Below, one piece after another: positions 9,201 to 19,300 of a stretch of DNA of 64,000 bases. The DNA lies in IMG/VR virus record IMGVR_UViG_3300008110_010000, positions 155,356 through 219,355 of that record, one strand, 5' to 3'. The position numbers and the translations under genes are program-made. The notes under the pieces are model-generated. The model was not told the origin of the DNA and made no database searches. It worked only from the letters and a program-made list of their open reading frames with translations. Every line of letters starts with the position of its first letter. The first letter of the stretch is position 1.

Positions 9201-10574
9201 CCTATAAAATCTTTAAGGGATTTAGATGCTAAAAGAAAACTTGGTGTTATCCCGGATAAAATTCCCAAGATAAATCTTTTATCTAGGATCCTTAGAGGAG
9301 TAGATTCTATAAAAATTCCTACCCCAAAAGAATTAGACGATTTAAACAAAAATCTTCCTAATAATTCTAAGATAGTTGCTAAATTTAATAATAAACTGAA
9401 GGATCTTTCTAGTTCTCCCGAGGACGTAAAAAAATTAGAAGATTTAGTTAAGAAAAGTGCAACTGAGGTTTTTGAAGGTGAGGATTCTCCTTTAAGTAGT
9501 AAAAAACTTCTTTCGTTTAAAGCTAAAATAACACCCGCCCCTAGAATTTTAGGTGCAGGTGTACCTTTGCCTTCTGGAATAGAAGAAATACCAAATCCTG
9601 TTATTTCTCAATTAAAAAACTTTGCCACAAGTAGTATAAAATTAAATACAGATCAACTAACATCTATAGTAAGTAATTTAGCAATTTCTGAGAATAAGAT
9701 TATAAGACAGCGGGATCTTAAAATGATCACAAAGAACGTAATTAATAGTTCGCTATCAAAATTTCCTGTTGATTTAAAAAACTTTTCCATTCCTGATACT
9801 GCAAGCATGAAAAACATGCAGAAATCATTTACTAATTTGTCTTCTTCGTTAAACCTCCCTTCCATTCCTCCTAAGAAAAGCGCTTCACCTGTTTCTCCGA
9901 TTGGCCCTGGAGGTATTCCCCCTATAATCATTCCAGGAAAAGTGATTAGTAAATTCTTGGTTGATGGAGCAATGTCTTCTGTAAATCCTGAAATGATCAC
10001 TAAATTATTGCCAGGGGTTCTTGAAAACTTCGAAACGTTATCAGATAGTGACATTAAAACAATGTCAGATAATATTGTTAAGAATTTTACTAAAACAGCT
10101 AAGATACCTGCTTTGGATTCTATTCCAAAGATACCCATCCCTGCAAGGAATCAGGATTATATAGAATTCACTATGAATTTCTTACCAACTCATCCAGCCT
10201 CTGATATAGCATTTACCCAACTTTGGGATAAATTTAAAACCCCTCCAAGAATTCCTATCCCTGGTGAATTTCTTCAAAAGTATCTGGATATACAGGATGC
10301 AATATTCTCTAAGGTCCCTTGGCCTGTGGTAGTTGTACTGGGTAGAAATATTATTAATATCTTAAATCCTTTATGGAACAACGAAGATATCCCACGCTGG
10401 GACAGAATGAGTTTAAAGAATCCTTTTTATGTTGTTTTCATGGACGAGTTCTTAAGATCTGCTGTTGATATCTCAGGAGGCTTTAAATTCTTTGCCGGTG
10501 CGGGAAAATTATTTTATCCTCTGCCAGATTCTGAAATCTATCTAGGGTTTGGGACTAAAATATCAATAAATTAA
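6270..10574 (+). CDS. Large unknown protein (1434 aa), likely virion-associated
   Basis: Long ORF overlapping the gp5-like stop. Lys/Glu-rich helical regions flank a Cys cluster and a Pro-rich hydrophobic core. Confidence 0.6.
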   Translation: MSNNLENLDKWVKDLENGTITVEELAARLSSIPDPLGKEEDIINAGEEINNSLNPEDLILTDNEINDIICKYEGEELGNRLIWKILEKLNLTSDLKEIPDFSNNDSFEKYFERISLQDRLQRAKEMLFDNLDLDLIGIKVKSPNLKKRNFKILGFNFPLNIITYKGKPLFFHIAPPKVNLSKILQRLRDRIKSKKVKSCEKKGTYIDEDDLLKKLENLLNDEKEEYNNVFEIADEVFCEPDIPINPETGESLFTKNDLTQFLKEICEPEIPSPETPIDPEPDIEDISDTINSCLKQTKSIFNEVREKNEEKARLQKAEKELEEVLFYYKIIHNYYDELYSQFEKKSKAGKKGDPLKLAINLVLGTGADDYIKKLNQFSSRFQSTKKIILPGSKYIGISFGIDFPHGLGKKIPYERVKMEVNNDLMSQDYQKVDTSKLQVGMEYSKGGLLGGQDTSFFKDFESFLKIKDENPKNKTDYYSFVSDIENSNKSKGQIIKSIESDHGFLFSNLIETSASPWIFFTAQERGDNDARKSADIKPAKTDKEGNPNKEFEEFWQDFKTKWDQKYNDRKKTIEDKILDLKKSSDALAEKIADYYFTISVSSVKKNSELLKEASDGIKSRVTAIENSLMSIAEKITKLDQENSPEGLSTKANSISCATKKEEKCPTECCGPAGQSLKLKDTCASHRSPDCPNLFTKCYWKEFCKNLNKVGLLPLPAGLPPIENPANFLPNLGLKYWPVGYLPPSFIPLPPPIVNPLDGLPFIRIPMPMVWTKVDPVVIPIGIGVIVIFVPFIGGFMPSPLVFFHDFLTGNSMFLLGLRGFRFIPRKSDPVANDPLENYKKMLSKGIPNFLFPFSNLGKDDVDDPKRLFGEVVSNLEKRLANYSKPVNMEKIQKLQDKITKKKEESQSKILEKKRKMALEGGDIKKEKEEIDNFLKSIDGEKISALKDIMKEYLTGAVDIPDIQFPKKSKNLLVDLPQPIKSLRDLDAKRKLGVIPDKIPKINLLSRILRGVDSIKIPTPKELDDLNKNLPNNSKIVAKFNNKLKDLSSSPEDVKKLEDLVKKSATEVFEGEDSPLSSKKLLSFKAKITPAPRILGAGVPLPSGIEEIPNPVISQLKNFATSSIKLNTDQLTSIVSNLAISENKIIRQRDLKMITKNVINSSLSKFPVDLKNFSIPDTASMKNMQKSFTNLSSSLNLPSIPPKKSASPVSPIGPGGIPPIIIPGKVISKFLVDGAMSSVNPEMITKLLPGVLENFETLSDSDIKTMSDNIVKNFTKTAKIPALDSIPKIPIPARNQDYIEFTMNFLPTHPASDIAFTQLWDKFKTPPRIPIPGEFLQKYLDIQDAIFSKVPWPVVVVLGRNIINILNPLWNNEDIPRWDRMSLKNPFYVVFMDEFLRSAVDISGGFKFFAGAGKLFYPLPDSEIYLGFGTKISIN

Positions 10575-10596
10575 TTCATCTTTTAAAAAACAACTA

Positions 10597-11721
10597 ATGG
10601 CTAAAAAAAGAACCTATACTAGAGAAGAATACTCTCCAGAGGAAAGAGCAATAATGGATGCTTTGTATGAAGGTCATTTCAATTCAAATTTCACACAAAA
10701 ATCAATTCCATTCACATCAAAAGAACTTGAAGAAAATCAAGTTTTAAGAGTAAAGATAACAAGAATCAGAGACAACAGTGCAATTGGTGAATCCGTAAAT
10801 GGACAATCAGTTTCTATCGATATTCTTAAGGAAGAAAAAGCAATTAGGAGATTAGGTTATCCCCCTATGGATATCATGGAAGGAACCGAAATTGACGTTG
10901 TTGTATTCAAAGACCGCAGCGGCATTTATAATGGATCTCTTGCTGCAGGATATGAAAACTCCCTTAAGAATGAACTTTCTAAATCTATCAAAGATGAGAA
11001 GAGCGCATACACTGTAAGAATCGAATCAACTTGTCCTGGAGGATTTATGGTTAATCTCTCAGGAATTAAGTGTTTCTTACCTGGATCACTTGCAGCTGCA
11101 AATAGAATTATTGACTTCCAATCTTTTGTAGGGAAAACCATCAATGTGATGATTGAGACTTATGATGAAAGAAGAGATATTTTTGTAGTATCTTTCAAAA
11201 AATATCTAAAACACATCATAGATCAAAAAGTAGAGGAACTTTCGATAACACAGCAATACAGTGGAACCGTTACTGGAACATCACCTGCAGGAGTTTTTGT
11301 TGAATGGGACGAATATTACACAGGGTTAATTCCGGCGGAAGAATTTGAATCTGCGGGTTTAAAAATGCATATGGAACCAGGAAGCTCAGTTTCCTTCTAT
11401 GTTTCAGATTTTAGAAATCCAAACAGAATAGTTTTAAAATTAAACCCACCAGAGGGGAAAGAAAGGGAACTTCAGGAATTAAGGGACATATCTTTATCGG
11501 AAGACAAAGAAAATAAAATATATAGAGGAACCGTCTCTAAGATCAAGAATTTTGGAGTTTTTGTAAAACTCGAAAATGGGATCCCGGGACTGGTGGAAAA
11601 GGACAATTTAGCTAAGCCACCTAAAGAGTACGAAGTCGGTTCCGAAATTCTCTGTACTGTTTTAGATGTTGAGCTACAAAGTTCTAAATTATATCTAAAA
11701 CAGAAAATTGAGAATACTTGA
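10597..11721 (+). CDS. Ribosomal protein S1-like protein (about four S1/OB repeats)
   Basis: GGFMVNLSGIKCFLPGSLA, GTVTGTSPAGVFVEW and GTVSKIKNFGVFVKLENGIPGLV are S1-domain motifs. The N-terminus YSPEERAIMDALYE resembles Bacteroidota S1. Confidence 0.85.
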   Translation: MAKKRTYTREEYSPEERAIMDALYEGHFNSNFTQKSIPFTSKELEENQVLRVKITRIRDNSAIGESVNGQSVSIDILKEEKAIRRLGYPPMDIMEGTEIDVVVFKDRSGIYNGSLAAGYENSLKNELSKSIKDEKSAYTVRIESTCPGGFMVNLSGIKCFLPGSLAAANRIIDFQSFVGKTINVMIETYDERRDIFVVSFKKYLKHIIDQKVEELSITQQYSGTVTGTSPAGVFVEWDEYYTGLIPAEEFESAGLKMHMEPGSSVSFYVSDFRNPNRIVLKLNPPEGKERELQELRDISLSEDKENKIYRGTVSKIKNFGVFVKLENGIPGLVEKDNLAKPPKEYEVGSEILCTVLDVELQSSKLYLKQKIENT

Positions 11722-13168
11722 TCAAAATTTCTTCTACGCAGCAAAAATTGGATTTGAATTTGAGTTCATGTCCAATTTTTCGCGTTCGGAGATGGTGCAA
11801 AGAATAGGCGACGAGATTGGGAAGGAAATTAAGCTTTTCAAGAGATACCACTCCAGATTTAAGCCAACAAGGGACGTTTTTAAATTAGAACCAGATTTTT
11901 CTGGCGGTACCAAGATGGTAGAGCTAATTACTGGTCCGATGGATTACTTCGAGGCAATCCCCGTTTTAATTAGAATTCTAAAATGGATAGAAGAAAACGG
12001 ATACACGAATGAAAAATGCGCACTGCAATTTGGATTAAGCTTCGATCGTCTTAAATACCCAGATCTAATAGACCTTAAAAATTTAAATGCTTTAAAATTT
12101 GTTTTAGGGTATGATGAAGAGTATGTGTGGAGCAGATTTCCTGAAAGAAGAGGATCTCTCTATGCTAAATCTATAAAAAGAATAATTCCGGCTAACAAGT
12201 TCATTAGAAAATATGACGGAACTATTGCTGATAGAAATTCTTATGTTGTATACACTGAAAAAAACATGGGAATCAACCTTACTAAATTAGAAGAGGGTTA
12301 TATCGAGGTGAGATACATGGGAGGGACTGATTACCAGAAAAAATACACTGAGATAAAAGAAATTATAGATCACACCATAACTCATACTTTTAAAACCCTT
12401 TTACAGAACGACACCTTAAATCAAAAAGAAACATCGGATCTAAGCGCTCTAATTTCCAAATTATATAAAGAAACTGAGAGCTTTATTGACCCTGAAACGT
12501 TTGTTAGAAACTATCCAGATCTTCATGTAACTGTTGATTTAAGAGAAGATTTACAGATTATTAAAACATATTTTCACGACATTAGAGACATTCTTTACAA
12601 TTTAATAGTAGAGAATGAAATTACCTCTGGATTCCTAAATTATGACACACAAATTTCAAGATATCAGCTAAAAGACGGAAAAACTACAAGAGCTAATATT
12701 ATAAAAAATTTAGATCTTGTTGAGTGTGAAATTGAAGGAAACGTAGCTAAGTGTAGAGCTTTTGGATGTAAATTCAAAAATTGTCAAATAGAGGACACTG
12801 ATTTGGTAATGAATAATGAAATTGAAGATTCTAAAATTCTAGATTGTGATCTGGGTCTGGGAAACACTGTTAATAACTCTTATATAGATGCCAAAGATAA
12901 AGAAATAAGTTGTGAAATTACTGGGGGTATAATTAGATCAGGGTACATCACATCTCTTGCTCAGGTTTCTTCCACTACAGAAATTATAACAAATGATGCG
13001 GATGGAAAAAGCAAAGGCAAAGGCAAGGGGGAAAAATTCTTAAAGAATGTAGTATTTCCTGATCGTAATATTGAAGGACAAGTTGGCCCAAGCGACGATT
13101 TCAATAACCTTAATAATACAATTCCTTCTATTTCGATAAATAGATTGTATAAAAATAATGATCAATAA
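11708..13168 (+). CDS. Amidoligase-like (COOH-NH2 ligase type 2) protein with a C-terminal beta-helix-like region
   Basis: IGFEFEF, FKLEPDFSGG, VELITGP and IEVRYMGG motifs; TTG start; C-terminal Cys/Ile/Asn short-period repeats. Confidence 0.65.
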   Translation: MRILDQNFFYAAKIGFEFEFMSNFSRSEMVQRIGDEIGKEIKLFKRYHSRFKPTRDVFKLEPDFSGGTKMVELITGPMDYFEAIPVLIRILKWIEENGYTNEKCALQFGLSFDRLKYPDLIDLKNLNALKFVLGYDEEYVWSRFPERRGSLYAKSIKRIIPANKFIRKYDGTIADRNSYVVYTEKNMGINLTKLEEGYIEVRYMGGTDYQKKYTEIKEIIDHTITHTFKTLLQNDTLNQKETSDLSALISKLYKETESFIDPETFVRNYPDLHVTVDLREDLQIIKTYFHDIRDILYNLIVENEITSGFLNYDTQISRYQLKDGKTTRANIIKNLDLVECEIEGNVAKCRAFGCKFKNCQIEDTDLVMNNEIEDSKILDCDLGLGNTVNNSYIDAKDKEISCEITGGIIRSGYITSLAQVSSTTEIITNDADGKSKGKGKGEKFLKNVVFPDRNIEGQVGPSDDFNNLNNTIPSISINRLYKNNDQ

Positions 13169-13941
13169 TGGCTAATACTACGGAAGACCAATTAGTTCAA
13201 GAAATAAAGGATGATATCTCACATTCTTGCGCTTTACCATACGCTCTGAATGACGGGGAAATTAAAAGAATCATCAAAAGGGCCAAAGCATATTTTTATG
13301 ACAACTATCAATATGCTGTAGAGGATAGAATTTTTATTTTAGGTAAAGAACTTTTTTCACATCAATCATTTAGAGCAACTAGACAGGTTCAGCTACCTGA
13401 ATGCGTGATAAGTGTTTATGATGTAAGGGAGGTTGGTGGATCTGGTATAGTTGGAACACCCGATAAAGATTTTGGAGATTCCAAGCTATTAGGATCTGAA
13501 CTTATGTTAAGTCCCTTCGTGGGAGACAACCTTGTGTATAGAACCGTTTTATACTCATTTTTTGACCTCGCAAAAGCATACCTATTAGAAACATATGCTT
13601 TCAATTATAACAAGAATACGAAGAAGCTAACCATCCTAGGACGCGATCCTAGCCGAACATCCAGCACAGGTTTAGCCCTTGGAGGTAAGGATGTGGGAAT
13701 TAAGGCATGTATTGCCATTCCCGAGGAAAATCTATATTCTGATGAGCTTTTCGTTAGATATTGCCTTGCAGAAGCAAAAATTAATATCGGGAGACTTTTA
13801 GGAACTTTTGGTTACCAATTACCTGGTGGGGTTACCATAAACGCTAGTGCTATTTCAGCACAGGGAACCACAGAAAAGACTGAGGTAATGGATATGATTA
13901 AATCGGAAAACACCCCAAGCTATTTCTTACAGTGGAATTAA
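13168..13941 (+). CDS. Neck protein, T4 gp13-like
   Basis: C-terminal LGTFGYQLPGGVTINASAISAQG...E matches the gp13 LPGGVTxNG motif. Confidence 0.8.
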   Translation: MANTTEDQLVQEIKDDISHSCALPYALNDGEIKRIIKRAKAYFYDNYQYAVEDRIFILGKELFSHQSFRATRQVQLPECVISVYDVREVGGSGIVGTPDKDFGDSKLLGSELMLSPFVGDNLVYRTVLYSFFDLAKAYLLETYAFNYNKNTKKLTILGRDPSRTSSTGLALGGKDVGIKACIAIPEENLYSDELFVRYCLAEAKINIGRLLGTFGYQLPGGVTINASAISAQGTTEKTEVMDMIKSENTPSYFLQWN

Positions 13942-13968
13942 TCCTTAAATTATCTTCTGCTTATATTT

Positions 13969-13980
13969 TATAAATATATA
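13969..13980 (+). promoter_or_regulatory. Late promoter, exact TATAAATA overlapping AATATATA
   Basis: T4 late consensus at 13969-13976, 13 nt before the gp25-like ATG. Confidence 0.65.
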
Positions 13981-13989
13981 AGGGAGATA

Positions 13990-14361
13990 ATGATAAAGAT
14001 CACTGACATATACCCTAGAAATCCTGACGATCCCTTATACGTCCCGGACAAATTAGAAACCGACGATGTTGTGGAATCCTCTATAGGAATGATAAAGCAG
14101 ATCATGTTAACTAAACCTGGTTCTGTTTTAGGAGACCCATTCTTTGGTATAGATCTAGAATCTTTAATTTTCGATTTTGAGGTCAATCAGCAAGAATTAG
14201 AAGAGGCAATCAGCTTACAGCTTTATACCTACTGTCCTTTTGCTAGAGGAATACTCAAAATTGATTTTCAGGTGGGTTTTTTCAGAGGAGAAACCAGAGA
14301 TAGCTGTGTTATTGAATTCGCTATCAAAGGTAATCCTGTATTGGGAATAAAGGTAATTTAA
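13990..14361 (+). CDS. Baseplate wedge subunit gp25-like (GPW/gp25 family)
   Basis: IKQIMLTKPGSVLGDPFFGIDLESLIFD motif and 123 aa length. Confidence 0.85.
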   Translation: MIKITDIYPRNPDDPLYVPDKLETDDVVESSIGMIKQIMLTKPGSVLGDPFFGIDLESLIFDFEVNQQELEEAISLQLYTYCPFARGILKIDFQVGFFRGETRDSCVIEFAIKGNPVLGIKVI

Positions 14362-14362
14362 A

Positions 14363-16087
14363 ATGGATTTATTCAAAAAAAATCGGGCTAAAATTCAGGA
14401 TCTTCTTCAGGATACTCTTGAGATCATCCAGAAAAGATATAATCAAGCCAATCAATTATTTACAGTAGCTTCTGCTTGGGGACAAATATTATTTGTTCTG
14501 CAGAACCTTTCTCAGCTAATCCTTTACTTTATTGAGGATTCTATTACTGAGCTTGATATTAGAAAAGCAAGTAGGGAAAGTTCAATTTATGGACTTGCTG
14601 CTCTTGCTGGACATAACGCTTCCAGAAGTACTGCTGCAAGGGGCCAGGTGGAAATTATATGGAACGGAACAGATGCAACAACTGTAGGCGGTGGAGCAAT
14701 TCTAATTCCTAGATATGCTCAAATTAAATTTTCTAACGGTGGCGTTTCTTATGTTTTAAACTTTCCCCAGGAATATACTAGGATTAATCTAAATTCTTCT
14801 TCCAAGGTTTCTTGTGAAATATTAGAGGGAAGCATTAAAACTTCGACATTCACAGGAAACGGAAGATCACTACAAAGTTACAACGTGTCTGACAGGATTA
14901 CTTCCGCCATTGACAACTTTCAAGTTAAAGTTTTTGTAGACAGTGACGAATGGAAGGTTTATGATTCTTTATATGATATTCCATTTAATGCAGAGGGTGT
15001 TTTGGTTAGAACCGGTATCAGTAGTGGTATAGACGTAATTTTTGGAAATTTAAATTTTGGAAAAATCCCTCCTACTGGATCCACAATACAGGTACAATAT
15101 CTGGAAACCCTAGGGTCTGGAGGAAATATCAGTTCTCTTGAACCTGGAAAAATAGCATTTGAATTTAGCGACGACGGAACGGATTCTTTCGGTAATTCAG
15201 TTTCCCTTCAGGAGTATTTAAAAATAAACTGCACCGTTGCACCTCAGTTAGGAACCGATAAAGAATCCATAGAACTTACAAGAATTCTTGCTCCTAAAAC
15301 CTCAAGATCTTTTGTTTTAGCAAATCCCGATAATTATATTACATACTTTGAAAAATTTGGTATATTCTCAATTATTGAGGCTTTTTCAACCTTTGATGAT
15401 CAATATCTGGATGATGATAATATTATTTATGTTCTTTTAGTACCTGATATAACTCAGAAATTAAAAACTAATGAAACGTATTTTGATATTGCAGAGACAG
15501 AATTCAAGCTGACAGAATTCCAAAAAAATAGACTTCTTCAAGCAATCGAAGATAGCGGACAGAAAATTGTTACTACTGAAGTAAGAATATTAGATCCTAA
15601 AATTTCTAGGTATGTTTTAAATATACTCATAACTGTTTTTGAAGGTTATGATCCTGATACTATAAAAGGACAAATCATTGATTCTATTAGCAATTACTTT
15701 ATAGGTATTAGAAGAAGAGACAAAATCCCTAGATCTGATTTAATTTCAATTGTAGAATCTGTTCCGGGGGTAGATTCAGTTACTTTATTTTTTATATCTG
15801 AAAAAAATGAACTGTATGCTAAAAGTGTAGAATCTCTTCCTGATACAGATCCTAAAAAGAAAACGGTTTTAGGTTTAGATGATTTTGGAGATATTCTTTT
15901 TGATAAGGATGAAATAGTAATACTTACTGGCGGATGGTCAGACAGAGCTGGTTTATTTTATGATAAAGGAGCGGATTTAAACAAGTTATCTTCAATCAAT
16001 ATAGATATTAGAAAAACAGTTCCTGTTACCTACAACACAGAGGTAAATATGAAGAACAAGCAATTCATAAGAAATAGTAATTCATAA
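14363..16087 (+). CDS. Baseplate wedge protein gp6 / baseplate-J-like
   Basis: Follows gp25. Contains A...G.NASRSTAA, IFGNLNFGKIPPTGSTIQVQYLET.G..GN and a RSFVLANPDNY segment typical of gp6. Confidence 0.8.
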   Translation: MDLFKKNRAKIQDLLQDTLEIIQKRYNQANQLFTVASAWGQILFVLQNLSQLILYFIEDSITELDIRKASRESSIYGLAALAGHNASRSTAARGQVEIIWNGTDATTVGGGAILIPRYAQIKFSNGGVSYVLNFPQEYTRINLNSSSKVSCEILEGSIKTSTFTGNGRSLQSYNVSDRITSAIDNFQVKVFVDSDEWKVYDSLYDIPFNAEGVLVRTGISSGIDVIFGNLNFGKIPPTGSTIQVQYLETLGSGGNISSLEPGKIAFEFSDDGTDSFGNSVSLQEYLKINCTVAPQLGTDKESIELTRILAPKTSRSFVLANPDNYITYFEKFGIFSIIEAFSTFDDQYLDDDNIIYVLLVPDITQKLKTNETYFDIAETEFKLTEFQKNRLLQAIEDSGQKIVTTEVRILDPKISRYVLNILITVFEGYDPDTIKGQIIDSISNYFIGIRRRDKIPRSDLISIVESVPGVDSVTLFFISEKNELYAKSVESLPDTDPKKKTVLGLDDFGDILFDKDEIVILTGGWSDRAGLFYDKGADLNKLSSINIDIRKTVPVTYNTEVNMKNKQFIRNSNS

Positions 16088-16088
16088 A

Positions 16089-16343
16089 ATGTTTAATACT
16101 GAAAGAAAAAGTTATTATGACTACATAAATTCAACAAGAGATAATAGATCAAATGTTGGATTCAACTACGAGGGGCAGATATTTGAAAAAACCCTGTCCT
16201 CTATAACACTTGAAGGCGACAAAAACAGGAAAAGTATAATGTCGTATATCGAGAGGGTAGTTTATAGATTAATCGAGGCAACTAAGGGAATTAGAAATTT
16301 TGTTAACTACAGAGTTCCTAAAAATAATAAGTACGTTAGGTAA
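16089..16343 (+). CDS. Hypothetical protein (84 aa)
   Basis: Fills the operon gap; its stop overlaps the next start (TAATG). Confidence 0.6.
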   Translation: MFNTERKSYYDYINSTRDNRSNVGFNYEGQIFEKTLSSITLEGDKNRKSIMSYIERVVYRLIEATKGIRNFVNYRVPKNNKYVR

Positions 16344-19300
16344 TGAATTATAAAAATCTTCTATTTTTTAATAAAACTGGGCACCAATCAAATTTTGTTT
16401 GGAACGGAGAATTCTGGGAAACTAGATTAATGCTTCCTCAGGTATCTGTGGATCTTTTTGAAATAGAACACCTGTTTATAATTGAAAAATTTGAAGATCT
16501 AAACGGAAACACTGTTTATGGATATCCTCATATAACCCCAGAAATAAGTTCAACCTCTGCATCTGGAATATATGGATCTTTTAATTCTGGATCTAGAAAG
16601 GTTACATTAAACTCTGAACCTGTTGTGGATTTTATAGGATCTAAGGTTTTTTGTCAGCAGTTCCCTAACGGAAATCTTGTAACTGGTGTTAGTGTGGTGG
16701 ATAAGACAATTGAGCTTGAAAATGCTGCAACGTTTTCAGAAAATTCCGTCCCTTTGTTTTTTAATTTATGGAGAGTTAGTTTCGAGACAACTAGAAACGT
16801 TTTAGATTTTGATGCTTTTGATCCTATTAGAGCGAGTATAACTAAGGGATTAGATTATATCACGACTTCCTCTGATGTAAGTGCTATTTCGGAGAATGAC
16901 GAATTTTTAATGATTTTAGGAGACGGAATTCCTAAAGATGCTAGAATTACAAAAGTTTCTGGAAATAAAATATACTTAAACAAGAAGTGCGAAGTTACTC
17001 TTAATAACATCACGGTTTTTGTATATCCTGTCGAGGAAAGAAATAACATTTCTTCTTACATATATCAATACATCCTCACCGAAGATGGAACTCTGGATGC
17101 TCCTGTTTTAGAATCAATCAATACTAATTATTTAAAAATCGATTATGATCCAAATGAAACTGTAAATGATTACTTAAGAAGCTCGGGTGAAATATATTCG
17201 GGAAGTGCCTCTGTTAACATAGCTCTTAATTCTAAAGAGGAGGGAATATTCGGTAGAACATTAGTAATAGAGGATCTTTCATTAGGGTACCCAAAAACTG
17301 TAGCAAGGATAGAGATACACGGGGAAACAATAGGTGAAGATGAAAGATATAAAACAATTTTAAATAATTTTGGGAGAAGGTTAAATGCGGAAGACGCTTA
17401 TATATTAAGAGATTCTGATCCCAAAGAGCCATTCACAGATTATGAGATTTTAAATGATAAGAGAAAAGAGCTTTTATTAGAAGGACATGAAATATACTCT
17501 TATTTAGGATCTTATAAGGGTCTTGTTAATGCTATTAAATTTTTTGGGTACCAAGATCTAAGAATTAAAGAATATTGGTTAAATATTAAAAAATCTGAAT
17601 CTGAAACATCCGCTCTCAAACAAAATACGGATTTTTTAGAGAGGTGGAATGCTTTACCCGGAGGTCAACAAAATTTAATATCCAGTATAATTGACGATGA
17701 AAATTCTGGTAAGTATAAACAGGTAGAAATTTACGGAAAAAGAAACGACGGAACTTTTGGTTTAAAATCCTCGATGGAAAAATTATTTCCATCCTCAAGT
17801 TTTAAGAAAACTGCACTCTTTGGTTTATTCTATGATATCAACAGGGTAGTTGAGAACCAAGAGGACATTTATGAATATCCCGTTGTGGAAAATGCTTTTG
17901 TTTTTTCTCCGGAGGAGGTACTTATAAAACTGTTTGGCTTAAAAGAAAAATTAAAAAAAGATTATCTTCCTTTAAATGCGAGGATTATTGATATAACAGG
18001 AGAAGGTGTCTATTTTGGAATCTACAAAACCAGAGCATGGACAGATAATTTAAAGATAGATGAGTTAAATCAGGGAATTGACCTAGAGCTAGGATTTACC
18101 CCAGAATATGGTTACATAGAGGATTTAAGGCCCTTTTCAGTAAGACCCAATTCTGATATTCCGTATGTTCCTTATGTTGGGGTGGAACCTAACACCTACG
18201 ATTTTTCAACTTATGGAAATCTAGTAGATTTACCCCAGAACAATTTAAAACTCCCAGGTAAACAGTCCAAAGCTTTAGCTGATGCAATAAAGCTATTTTA
18301 TGATGAAAGAAACACGAAGGGAATAAAACCTTACAGACTAGGTGACGGAGATAATAAAAACGGGGGATACCGAAAACTATATGACGGGAAAGTTTATGAT
18401 GTCCCCGCAGGATTTCCGGTTACGATGGAAATAACATCTTTTGTTTTAACATGGGACGAAGTAAATAATCAGTGGGATTCTTTAGATAGAAATATTTCAA
18501 CATATTCTTCAACACTAGCATCTATTTCAGATGTTTCCGGATATAACGATCAGACCCTAATAGACTCTAGCTTAAATTTTGAATTTAATCTTTCTACCAT
18601 ATTTGGAACCTTGTTCAATATTAATCTCCAAACTGGTATATCAATTTTAAACCCAGCATCTGGTAAGGTTCAACTTAAATTTACTTCTAACACAGATTCC
18701 GATTGTCAGTTTCTATGTGAGGTTCAAAGCTATAGTACTCTCACTGGAATAGCTAATGTTAAACTTTTATGGGTTAAAAATGAAGGAATATTCGATGACT
18801 GGAAAGTAGAAATCGTTAACATTTTTAAAGACAATCTCGATTTATCCTATTATGATTATTCTTTCAATCCCGACGGATTTTATTCTTGGGATAATCTTAG
18901 ATTCGCGGGATTTTATGAGGTTGAATGGAAGATCACAAAGAAAGATGATAGACCTTATTATTATGATCTAAGAGGTAAAATAACTGATTATTATAAACTT
19001 CCCCTTGTTCTTCCATATGATGGAATATATTCGGTTCAATGCAGGGTTTGGGATGGATTTAACGACATCTGTTCTACACACTATGAGAATTGCTTGGAAG
19101 TTAAGAAGAGGGAAGTTGAAATTGTTAGTGTTTCTAGATTCAGAGAAGCTGAAGTTTATACCTGGGATCAGACAAAACAGCCTTGGGATAATTTTGAATC
19201 GATGTGGGTTTTTCCCGTTGAAAGAAGACCAGAAGAACCTAAACCATCTAATTTAATCCTAAATCCTGCTGAATATGGAAATCAATTTAACGAGGGTCAA

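Noticed and set aside
6270-10574. Tape measure protein call
   Set aside because: Lacks regular Ala/Gly-rich helical repeats and has Pro- and Cys-rich blocks; left as unknown.
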